IMG/VR virus record: IMGVR_UViG_3300037474_000096
Origin: a virus
Length of the DNA stretch: 41,300 nt
Direction: 5' to 3' (one strand)
The notes under the pieces were generated by a model. The model was not told the origin of the DNA. It made no database searches and saw only the letters and a list, made by a program, of their open reading frames with translations. Of the stretch, positions 8,067 to 14,742 are shown in pieces. A program made the translations under genes and the position numbers. The first letter of the stretch is position 1, and the number at the start of each line of letters is the position of its first letter.

Positions 8067-8116
8067 AGCGTGTCCTATCGTCAGGGTGTTGTCAAGACAT
8101 GGCTGTGCTGTATCCT
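8067..8116. promoter_or_regulatory. Back-to-back divergent promoters with overlapping -35 hexamers
   Basis: Leftward: TTGACA (8095-8090), 17 nt, CACGCT (8072-8067), 6 nt, ATG at 8060. Rightward: TTGTCA (8089-8094), 16 nt, TATCCT (8111-8116). Box-like sequences lie at 8077-8097 and 8121-8135. Confidence 0.45.
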
Positions 8117-8182
8117 GGCGACATCTTAACGATTGCCTGCGCTGTGCAGGTAGGAGCATCTACGTGTCAGCGAGAGGACATC

Positions 8183-8515
8183 ATGACGGCCAAGAGTGTG
8201 CAGACAGGGATCGGGTTCCCGCGCGAGACGCTTCAGCGTATCGATCGCCTGCGGGCAGTGTTCGGCAAGTCGCGATCCTGGACGACGGACTACGCGCTGA
8301 CCCACGGCGGGCTGGACGGCGCGGAGCGGCTCAACGTGGGCGGGGTCGGGGTGTTCGCGGACCTGGCGCGCACGCTCGGGCTGACCTGGCGCGAGCTGGC
8401 CGACGCCTACGCGGGGGAGTTCTCCCGCTACACCTACCCGCCCTCGCTGGACGAGATCATGCGGGATCCGGCGATGCGCGCCGGCCTGCTGGAGCGGGCG
8501 GAGCGTACGTCGTGA
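8183..8515 (+). CDS. Possible ribbon-helix-helix (CopG/Arc-like) DNA-binding protein, first gene of the rightward arm
   Basis: ATG at 8183 with GAGAGGA upstream. The N-terminus QTGIGFPRETLQRIDRLRAVFGKSRSWTTDYAL fits a beta-strand plus two helices pattern. Confidence 0.45.
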   Translation: MTAKSVQTGIGFPRETLQRIDRLRAVFGKSRSWTTDYALTHGGLDGAERLNVGGVGVFADLARTLGLTWRELADAYAGEFSRYTYPPSLDEIMRDPAMRAGLLERAERTS

Positions 8516-8772
8516 TCAGTGCGGATCGGTTCATCAACGACGTTGCGTGCGTGCGCGCGACGATGGAGCGGGTACGTCCTGACGACATCCGCGCCTCCCG
8601 GGTGTGGATGTCGCGCGCCACGCTGGAATGGATCACGGAGGAAGGCGCGCACTATGTGGGCGGAACTCCCGCCCTGGCCGAGATGATCACCATATTCGGG
8701 ATCATGGTCATGATCGACGACCGGATGCCGCTGGGCGTGGCCGACATAACGATCACCACCAGGGTCGGCTAG
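8512..8772 (+). CDS. Hypothetical protein, 86 aa
   Basis: GTG at 8512 in a GTGA overlap, followed by a terminator. Confidence 0.6.
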   Translation: MISADRFINDVACVRATMERVRPDDIRASRVWMSRATLEWITEEGAHYVGGTPALAEMITIFGIMVMIDDRMPLGVADITITTRVG

Positions 8773-8783
8773 CCTGCTCACCT

Positions 8784-8823
8784 GAACCCCCGCTCGTCTC
8801 ACTCCGAGCGGGGGTTCTTTCGT
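8784..8823 (+). terminator. Rho-independent terminator
   Basis: GAACCCCCGCTCG (8784-8796), an 8-nt loop, CGAGCGGGGGTTC (8805-8817), then TTTCGT. Confidence 0.75.
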
Positions 8824-8851
8824 ACCACGTATTCGTGATACGGTGCTGATC

Positions 8852-9028
8852 ATGAAACCTTGGGAAGACCCTGAAGAGTTCGGCCAGGCCACGGCGGCCA
8901 CCCGCAAGCGGATGCGGGTGAGCGAGGAGAAGGCGGCGGCCAGACTGCGGGAGCGGGGATGGCTGTGCGAGCCACCGGAAGTGATCCGGGACCTGGTGAT
9001 CACCCGGCGCACGGCGGAGGATGAGTGA
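8852..9028 (+). CDS. Hypothetical protein, 58 aa
   Basis: ATG at 8852. TACGGT (8839-8844) lies 7 nt upstream, so the start may be leaderless. The alternative start is 8843. Confidence 0.5.
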   Translation: MKPWEDPEEFGQATAATRKRMRVSEEKAAARLRERGWLCEPPEVIRDLVITRRTAEDE

Positions 9029-9085
9029 CCCGGACTCAGCACCCGGGCCACCACAACAACCTCATCGCAGGCGAAGGATACCGAA

Positions 9086-11185
9086 TTGAGTGAGATTCTG
9101 CGCGCTGCCCTGCGGTACGCGGCCGATGGCGTGGCAGTGTTCCCCACCCGCTTGTACGTGCGTGGCGACGGACGCAAGGGCGTGCGCCCGATCCCGGACT
9201 GGGACACGGCCAGTACCACCGACCCCCTGGTCATTCGCAGGTGGTTCGGCCCGGAGGGGACGTACGAGGATGCGGCGTTATGCATCGACTGCGGCAAGTC
9301 CGGCATCGTCGGCATCGATCAGGACGTGCACGAGGGCAAGGACGGCGTGACCGCGTGGGCGGCGCTGGCCGGCGATCAGGTGTCGTCATGGCGAGTGCGC
9401 ACGCCCACCGGCGGGCTGCATGACTACTTTCGGGCTGATCCGAATCGGTCATTCACCGTGGACAACGTGGGCACCGTGGCGGACGGGGTGGACGTGCGCT
9501 CCGTCGGAGGGTTCCTGTTCGCTCCGCCCTCGATCGACCCGCGCGGCGGGGCGTGGGAGTGGGTGAACGGAGTGCCGGTGTGGGCGGCGCTGCCACCCGT
9601 GCCCGAGGTCGTGGTCAGTCGGATGCTGGCGAAGGAGAGCGCACGGCGTCCCAAAGCCCCTGAGCGTGTTATGCCTGCTCAGGATGGTTCCGTGCATTCC
9701 GTGCAGCCACGCACGGAACTGCACGGAACCAGCTCTCTGTTCGGCGGCCAGGCAGGGCAGGAGGACTTCGGACCTGACGGTGGATGGAAGACCCGGGCGG
9801 ACGCGGTAGCCCTGCTGGCCACCGAACGGGCCGCGTTCGAGGCGCTGACCGAGCCGGGATCCTCGCGCTCGCACCTGCTCTCGCAGCGCTACGGGGTGCT
9901 GGCCGGCCATGGGGTCGGGGTGTTCTGGACCTACGAGCAGGCGCTGGACATCCTGATGGCCTCGTGTGAGGCGAATGGGTTCAGCGACACCAACGGCGCG
10001 ACCTACGCTCTCGGCCAGGCACAGCGGGGTCTGGAGTACGGCATGCGCCAGCCCTGGCACGAACTGGTGGGTGGAGTAGGGGCGAGCGAGCTGGACGCCG
10101 CTACGGCCCCCACAGCGGGCCGGCTGAGGTCGGTGATGCTGCGGCGCAGCGAGATCCACACGCTGCCGGACCCCGTGCCGCTGATCCGTGACGTGCTGCA
10201 CGAGAAGTCGATCATGATGCTGACTGGCAAGTTCGGCACCTACAAGTCGTTCGTGGCGATCGACTGGGCGTGCTGCCTGGCCACCGGCAAGCCATGGATG
10301 GGGCACGAGGTGCCGCGTGCCGTGCCCGTGATCTACGCGGCGGCGGAGGGGGCCAGCGGGATTAAGAAACGGCTCAACGCGTGGGAGGTGCGTAACGGAG
10401 CAGTGCCGGACACGTTCGTGCTGATCCCCGTGGCGGTGCGGCTGACCAGGCCGGAGGACGTCGCGGAGCTGTCGTCGATCATCGAGGAGACCGGGGCACG
10501 GGTGGTCATCTACGACACGCTGCATGCCAGCACACCGGGGATGGACGAGAACGATTCCGGCCAGGTGGGCGAGATCATGGACGTGATCCGTAGCCTGCGC
10601 GATCGACACGGCGTGACCACGATCCTTCCGCACCACACGGGGCACGTCGGTGACCGTGCACGCGGATCATCCTCGATCGAGGACGACGCGGACGAGGCGT
10701 TCAACATCACGATCAAGGGCGAGGACCGGGCGGAGACGAATCCGCGCATCATGCGCCACCGCAAGAGCAAGGACGAGGCGAAGCTACCTGCCTTCCAGCT
10801 CAAGCTTGAGCTGGTGGAGGGCACGGGCAGCGCGGTGGTGACTGGCATGGGCGACGGCTACACGCCGGCGGAGTTCGACATCGAGACGTTCGACGCGCTG
10901 CCTTGGGCCGGCCAGCAACCGCAGGAGTGGACGGCCAGGGTGGCGGAGCCTAAGGCGAAGTGGCAACGCCGGATCCTTCAGGCGCTGTACGACCACGGCG
11001 GCCAGACAGGGCTCACGAGGGCGGAGTGCAAGGCGGTCGTCTCGGATCGGTGGGAGGACCCGGGGCGTGGCAGTGCGTATACGGATGCGTGGCAGAAAGT
11101 GAAGGACATGGACATCGCGGTCAACGTGCGGGGGGAGCGCTGGAGCGTGGACTTTGTCCAGATTGAGGCGATTCGCTTGGAGTAG
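9086..11185 (+). CDS. Bifunctional DNA primase-polymerase (prim-pol N-terminal domain) fused to a RepA/RecA-like ATPase (replicative helicase-like)
   Basis: TTG start with AAGGA upstream. The N-terminus reads YAADGVAVFPT...GIVGIDQDVH...RTPTGGLHDYF. The C-terminus has Walker A GKFGTYKS and the segments VIYAAAEGASG and VVIYDTLH. Confidence 0.8.
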   Translation: MSEILRAALRYAADGVAVFPTRLYVRGDGRKGVRPIPDWDTASTTDPLVIRRWFGPEGTYEDAALCIDCGKSGIVGIDQDVHEGKDGVTAWAALAGDQVSSWRVRTPTGGLHDYFRADPNRSFTVDNVGTVADGVDVRSVGGFLFAPPSIDPRGGAWEWVNGVPVWAALPPVPEVVVSRMLAKESARRPKAPERVMPAQDGSVHSVQPRTELHGTSSLFGGQAGQEDFGPDGGWKTRADAVALLATERAAFEALTEPGSSRSHLLSQRYGVLAGHGVGVFWTYEQALDILMASCEANGFSDTNGATYALGQAQRGLEYGMRQPWHELVGGVGASELDAATAPTAGRLRSVMLRRSEIHTLPDPVPLIRDVLHEKSIMMLTGKFGTYKSFVAIDWACCLATGKPWMGHEVPRAVPVIYAAAEGASGIKKRLNAWEVRNGAVPDTFVLIPVAVRLTRPEDVAELSSIIEETGARVVIYDTLHASTPGMDENDSGQVGEIMDVIRSLRDRHGVTTILPHHTGHVGDRARGSSSIEDDADEAFNITIKGEDRAETNPRIMRHRKSKDEAKLPAFQLKLELVEGTGSAVVTGMGDGYTPAEFDIETFDALPWAGQQPQEWTARVAEPKAKWQRRILQALYDHGGQTGLTRAECKAVVSDRWEDPGRGSAYTDAWQKVKDMDIAVNVRGERWSVDFVQIEAIRLE
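9686..9730. repeat. Intragenic iteron cluster: four copies of the 10-bp unit GTTCCGTGCA arranged as an inverted pair of pairs
   Basis: GGTTCCGTGCATTCCGTGCAgccacGCACGGAACTGCACGGAACC lies in the linker (about codon 200) between the prim-pol and ATPase domains. Confidence 0.85.
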
Positions 11186-11195
11186 CAAGATCAAC

Positions 11196-11625
11196 ATAGT
11201 TTTCGCAGCTCAGATAGGTTCCGTGCATAGATGCACGGCTATGCACGGAACCGTTTTCGCAGGTCAGGACGAGGTTCCGTGTAGAGGTGGTAGGGCGGGT
11301 GTTGGCTTTGTCCGGATTTAGGTGGTTCGTGCAGGCCAGCGGACCCGCATAGTTTCCGCAGGTCAGAGAGGTTCCGTGCATAGACGTGGGTCTATGCACG
11401 GAACCTTTTCGCAGGTCAAGCCGAGGTTCCGTGCAGAATCAAGATCAAAAACACCCGTGCACGGAACCGTGCACGGAACAAATGATCATGCTTGCACGGA
11501 ACTGCACGGAACCTTTTCGCAGGTCAAGCCGAGGTTCCGTGCAGTTCCGTGCAGTTCCGTGCACTGGTTCCGTGCAGTTCCGTGCGCGTGCCCGTTCTTT
11601 AGAACGGGCACGCATGCACGGAAGG
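11196..11625. repeat. Iteron field and candidate replication origin. About 18 copies of GTTCCGTGCA / TGCACGGAAC plus five copies of an about 30-bp unit TTTTCGCAGGTCAnnnnGAGGTTCCGTGCA
   Basis: Forward copies start at 11218, 11274 (variant), 11325 (variant), 11371, 11426, 11534, 11544, 11554, 11567 and 11577 (variant). Reverse copies start at 11232 (variant), 11242, 11395, 11458, 11470, 11493, 11503 and 11615 (variant). Perfect inverted repeats lie at 11217-11252 and 11370-11405. AT-rich patches lie at 11436-11455 and 11479-11492. Confidence 0.85.
11586..11613. other. Perfect 13-bp-arm palindrome or hairpin at the right edge of the iteron field
   Basis: GCGTGCCCGTTCT-tt-AGAACGGGCACGC. Confidence 0.8.
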
Positions 11626-11640
11626 AAGATCAACTTCGGT

Positions 11641-11678
11641 GAGAGGAGAGGAGAGGGAGGGGAGAGGATGAGAGAAGA
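11641..11678. repeat. Polypurine/polypyrimidine (GA-rich) tract
   Basis: gagaggagaggagagggaggggagaggaTgagagaaga is 38 nt with a single pyrimidine. Confidence 0.9.
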
Positions 11679-11680
11679 TC

Positions 11681-11709
11681 TAGACAAGATGTCAACGATG
11701 GACTAGGGT
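11681..11709 (+). promoter_or_regulatory. Promoter for a leaderless 11716 gene, overlapping a partial conserved box
   Basis: TAGACA (11681-11686), 17 nt containing AGATGTCAACGAT, TAGGGT (11704-11709), 6 nt, then the ATG at 11716. Confidence 0.55.
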
Positions 11710-11715
11710 GGAGTC

Positions 11716-11979
11716 ATGACGTTGCCGATGAGTGAGATGACACGAGCCACGCCCCTGTCGCTCGTGCTGGCCGGGATCCCGGATCGATCGGACGTGGAGC
11801 GCGCCCTACTGGCCGTCGTGCCGCGCGAGGGAGGGCGGCCAGACCGGCTCAGCGCCCCGGAGACGGACCAGATGCGTCAGGCGGGGGTCCTGGGTGCCGG
11901 CGGAGGGCTAACAAGCCGTGGCGTGGCTCTGAGGGCGATGCTGCTGCGGCGGGTGGAAGACCGGGACTTCGCGCTGTGA
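11716..11979 (+). CDS. Hypothetical protein, 87 aa, with a weak LRRRG-type module
   Basis: Complete ORF. The C-terminal half reads MRQAGVLGAGGGLTSRGVALRAML. Confidence 0.6.
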   Translation: MTLPMSEMTRATPLSLVLAGIPDRSDVERALLAVVPREGGRPDRLSAPETDQMRQAGVLGAGGGLTSRGVALRAMLLRRVEDRDFAL

Positions 11980-12470
11980 TGGACCCGAGAGCTATCCCGT
12001 GGGTGCTCTGGCCGGGAACCACTGGGGCGCGGCCAGGGCGAGGCGCGGAGCTGTGGACTCTGGCGATCACTGGCAGGCCGCGCACGAAGGGCTCGCTGGA
12101 GCCTGTTCATATTCGGACAGGGTCCGGCAAGTGCCGGGTGTCGCTGAAGGACAATGAGCGCTCCGTGGCCTGGAAGAAGCAGATGATCGCCGGCATGCGG
12201 TCGGGGATCGAGGGCCAGCGGTATCACGGCCCGGTGATCGTGGACGCGGTGTTCGCGTTCGAGCGGGAGGCGGCGGCACACGCCGATGCGCCCTGGCCGA
12301 CGGCCATCAGCTACGGGGACGAGGACAAGCTACGCCGCAACCTGCTCGATGCCCTCGTGCAGGCGGGTGTGCTGGCCGACGATGCGCTGTGTCTCGGGGG
12401 CGAGACGGTCAAGACGTTCGCGGACACGGGTCCGGGTGGCGTGGTCTTCACCGTGTGGGAGGCAGTGTGA
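11979..12470 (+). CDS. rusA: RusA-like Holliday junction resolvase
   Basis: ATG at 11979, or GTG at 11976. Motifs are GRPRTKGSL and GDEDKLRRNLLDALVQAGVLADDALC, which fits the RusA acidic-residue pattern. Confidence 0.7.
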   Translation: MDPRAIPWVLWPGTTGARPGRGAELWTLAITGRPRTKGSLEPVHIRTGSGKCRVSLKDNERSVAWKKQMIAGMRSGIEGQRYHGPVIVDAVFAFEREAAAHADAPWPTAISYGDEDKLRRNLLDALVQAGVLADDALCLGGETVKTFADTGPGGVVFTVWEAV

Positions 12471-12985
12471 CCTGGCCGAAGCTGGTGTTCGATGTGCTCC
12501 CGGTGGATCCGGCGCGGGGGCGCATGCCGGTCCCGGAGCTGGTGTTGTATCCCGAGCCTGAGGTGTCGTCCCGGGATGGCGTGTGGAAGGAATCGGTGTC
12601 GGCGGTGCGTGCGCTAGGGCGATTCGGGGCTGAGTCGGGCTGGCTGGTGCGGGTCCAGTACTCCCGCGGGTGTAAGCCACACGCCACCACGGGCCGGCCC
12701 GGGGGCGTGAAGGACTGGTGGGCGGTGCGGTTCGGGTGGGGTGATCAGTGGGGAGCGTATGCCGTGCACGATGGGCGGGGATGGGACTCGCTGTGCGTCT
12801 GGGGTGCGAGCCTGCCACCGTTCACCGCGCTGAACGTCACCGATCTCAAGGCGTTCCTGGCGCGGCCGGCGGTGGCCACGCCGGAGTGGCTGGCCGCGAT
12901 CCGTACGCGTGAGGCGCAGAAGGTGGCGCGGGCCAAAGCCGCTGCTGCATCGCGCCCTCGTAAGGGATCATCGGAGGGACTATGA
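12467..12985 (+). CDS. Hypothetical protein, 172 aa
   Basis: GTG at 12467 in a GTGA overlap. GC3 is high. Confidence 0.6.
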   Translation: MTWPKLVFDVLPVDPARGRMPVPELVLYPEPEVSSRDGVWKESVSAVRALGRFGAESGWLVRVQYSRGCKPHATTGRPGGVKDWWAVRFGWGDQWGAYAVHDGRGWDSLCVWGASLPPFTALNVTDLKAFLARPAVATPEWLAAIRTREAQKVARAKAAAASRPRKGSSEGL

Positions 12986-13045
12986 GCCCTATAATGGCTG
13001 GTCAGACGCGATACTTTAAAGCTGTATCAAGTGAGGCGAGACATC

Positions 13046-13519
13046 ATGATGCGTGGAGGGTTCGAAAAGCAGGGGCTTGAGGGCCGCAACGGAACGATCT
13101 GGCGGGACCATGTGATCGGCGGTTTAACGCTAGAGGCGGCGGGCGAAAAGCATGGTATCTCGCCTCAGCGCGTGCATCAGATCATCCGCGAGGTTCGCGC
13201 CAACATGCCGGAGTTTGTGCAGCGTGAGCTACTTCAGGACTCGCTGGAGCGCAACGCGGACGCGCGCCGCCGGCTGTTGGAGCTGGCCGAGATGAAGGGC
13301 GTGCCGGTGACCGCCGGCAAGGACGGCGCGGTGGTCATGGATCCGGAGTCCAACACGGTGGTGCGTGACTACGCGCTTCGGTTGAAGGCGCTGGAGCTGA
13401 TGATGAGGGCTGATGATCAACTCGCGAAGCGGATGGGTCTGGACTCCCCGACCAAGGTCGAAAGCGCGGCGACGGTCCGGTATGAGATCGGTGGTCTCAA
13501 CGACGCGGATCTGACGTAG
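13046..13519 (+). CDS. HTH DNA-binding protein (sigma-70 region-4-like). Possible small terminase subunit or late regulator
   Basis: ATG at 13046 with GAGG upstream. The HTH is LTLEAAGEKHGISPQRVHQIIREVR. It lies 1.2 kb upstream of TerL. Confidence 0.45.
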   Translation: MMRGGFEKQGLEGRNGTIWRDHVIGGLTLEAAGEKHGISPQRVHQIIREVRANMPEFVQRELLQDSLERNADARRRLLELAEMKGVPVTAGKDGAVVMDPESNTVVRDYALRLKALELMMRADDQLAKRMGLDSPTKVESAATVRYEIGGLNDADLT

Positions 13520-13544
13520 GCTGGTCGCGCGCCGAACACGCATA

Positions 13545-13583
13545 GATGCGCCCCTGCGGACTTCCCCTCCGCAGGGGCGCATC
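13545..13583. terminator. Bidirectional hairpin terminator between convergent genes
   Basis: GATGCGCCCCTGCGGA, loop cttcccc, TCCGCAGGGGCGCATC: a 16-bp perfect stem. Confidence 0.75.
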
Positions 13584-13592
13584 GCTGTCTGG

Positions 13593-13826
13593 TCAGGGGT
13601 GCGCGGCCAGCTCGCGCGCCTCGATGGCCTCGATCGTGTCGCCGGCCAGCAGGGCGCGCGCCGCCTCGCTGGGCAGGAAGCCCATGTTCGCCCACCTGGC
13701 CGCCTCGATCCCGGTCAGTCCCATGGCGAACCAGGCGGTACGAATGGGCAGCGTGTCCAACTGCTTGGCGCTGGTGGAGTAGTGCTGGCAGAACATCGGC
13801 CAGGTCTGCGTGTGCGTCTCAGTCAT
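13593..13826 (-). CDS. Hypothetical protein, 77 aa (reverse-oriented cassette)
   Basis: ATG at 13826 lies 7 nt after a TAGACT -10, so the start appears leaderless. Confidence 0.65.
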   Translation of the reverse strand: MTETHTQTWPMFCQHYSTSAKQLDTLPIRTAWFAMGLTGIEAARWANMGFLPSEAARALLAGDTIEAIEARELAAHP

Positions 13827-13833
13827 GTCGTTG

Positions 13834-13877
13834 AGTCTACCCCTCTATCGTCAAGATCTCAACGATTGTGGTAGGGT
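13834..13877. promoter_or_regulatory. Overlapping divergent promoter pair sharing one palindromic box. Both starts are leaderless
   Basis: Minus strand: TTGAGA (13862-13857), 17 nt, TAGACT (13839-13834), 7 nt, ATG at 13826. Plus strand: TCGTCA (13848-13853), 18 nt, TAGGGT (13872-13877), 6 nt, ATG at 13884. The box ATCGTCAAGATCTCAACGAT lies at 13847-13866. Confidence 0.6.
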
Positions 13878-13883
13878 GGATCC

Positions 13884-14153
13884 ATGACAAGCAGAGACGA
13901 CCACATCCAAGCAGCAGGGTTCGCCGGCATCGCGATCGAGGAGTTCCAGCAGGCTCTGCTGGCCGTGCGCGCCGGCGCGGGGGAGCAGGCGGCGGCCGCC
14001 GTGCACAACGCGCTCGGTGATGGCGGAGACGGACCGGAGAGCGCGCGCAACGCGCAGGCGTTCCTGGCTGGCGCGTTCGAGCGCTTGGACGAGGTGACCG
14101 GGATCCTGGAAGCGTGCAAGGCGGAGATGACGCGCTACTCCGGCGGTTTCTAG
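13884..14153 (+). CDS. Hypothetical helical protein, 89 aa, tandem paralog with 14153..14425
   Basis: Complete ORF. The C-terminal segment is ARNAQAFLAGAFERLDEVTGILEACKAEMTRYSGGF. Confidence 0.65.
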   Translation: MTSRDDHIQAAGFAGIAIEEFQQALLAVRAGAGEQAAAAVHNALGDGGDGPESARNAQAFLAGAFERLDEVTGILEACKAEMTRYSGGF

Positions 14154-14425
14154 TGGCGGCCAGCGCTCGCGAAGCGCACCGCGTGGCGGCCAGCGCAGCG
14201 ATCTTCGCGCTGGAGGATCTGACCGCCGCGATCCGTGAGCTTCGCGAGCGTCTTGGCTCGCAGGCGCTGGCCTGTGTCGGTGACGCGGTGGGTGCGACAC
14301 CGGCGACGATCCACGGGTCGAACGCTCAGCGCTTCCTGGCCGAGACGCTCAATCGCCTCACCGAATCAGCGGAGATCGCTGGTCACGCAATGGATGAGAT
14401 GCGGGAGTATCGAGGGCAGATCTAG
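14153..14425 (+). CDS. Hypothetical helical protein, 90 aa, tandem paralog with 13884..14153
   Basis: GTG at 14153 overlaps the upstream TAG. The C-terminal segment is SNAQRFLAETLNRLTESAEIAGHAMDEMREYRGQI. Confidence 0.6.
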   Translation: MAASAREAHRVAASAAIFALEDLTAAIRELRERLGSQALACVGDAVGATPATIHGSNAQRFLAETLNRLTESAEIAGHAMDEMREYRGQI

Positions 14426-14709
14426 TCCAGGTCGCAGGTTGATCCGTCGTCGGTGTGCAGCCACCAGCCACCGATGCGCTTGTCGCGGACGCGGTGACGG
14501 AAGCCGTCGGAGCCGTGTTCGCGCCAGGTGCACAGGCTCGCCTCCACGTCGTGCAGGGTGAGGCGCTCTTCGGCGACGGGTGCCGGCCCGGGCGCGGCGG
14601 CGGCCAGGCGCACCTCGGTGGCGTAGCGGATCCACACGTCCGCGCGCAGGTACTGTGACCCGCTCATCGCACTCTGCGCCGCCTCCATAGCCTGCTCCCA
14701 CGTTCGCAT
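14422..14709 (-). CDS. Hypothetical protein, 95 aa (reverse-oriented cassette)
   Basis: Complete ORF with high GC3. It shares a palindromic CTAG stop with the convergent gene. Confidence 0.6.
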   Translation of the reverse strand: MRTWEQAMEAAQSAMSGSQYLRADVWIRYATEVRLAAAAPGPAPVAEERLTLHDVEASLCTWREHGSDGFRHRVRDKRIGGWWLHTDDGSTCDLD

Positions 14710-14716
14710 CCTGACA

Positions 14717-14736
14717 GCATATCAACGATGTATCCT
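14717..14736. promoter_or_regulatory. Possible divergent -10 elements for leaderless starts at 14709 (minus) and 14743 (plus)
   Basis: Minus strand: TATGCT (14722-14717), 6 nt, ATG at 14709 (with the 14710 boundary counted). Plus strand: TATCCT (14731-14736), 6 nt, ATG at 14743. Neither has a good -35. A partial box ATCAACGATG is present. Confidence 0.3.
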
Positions 14737-14742
14737 CGCGGC

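Noticed and set aside
9083-9095. 13-nt identity (AATTGAGTGAGAT) between the replicase start and the tape measure start (29167-29179)
   Set aside because: By rough expectation, several 13-mers should repeat by chance in 41 kb on two strands. The flanks show no extended similarity.
8434-9315. 293-aa minus-strand ORF
   Set aside because: It spans a rho-independent terminator and three plus-strand genes. It is a shadow frame.
9449-10645. 398-aa minus-strand ORF inside the replicase gene
   Set aside because: It is a shadow frame of the prim-pol/ATPase gene, which carries clear motifs. It has no start context.
11186-11640. Possible CRISPR array because of many short repeats
   Set aside because: The repeats are only 10 bp. 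They occur in both orientations and are often contiguous, without regular spacers. No cas genes are present. The architecture fits iterons.
12990-12995. Perfect TATAAT in the AT-rich gap upstream of the HTH/TerS candidate
   Set aside because: There is no acceptable -35 or extended -10, and other promoters here use TAnnnT with G/C in the middle positions. It may relate to packaging or a late promoter, but I cannot support a call.
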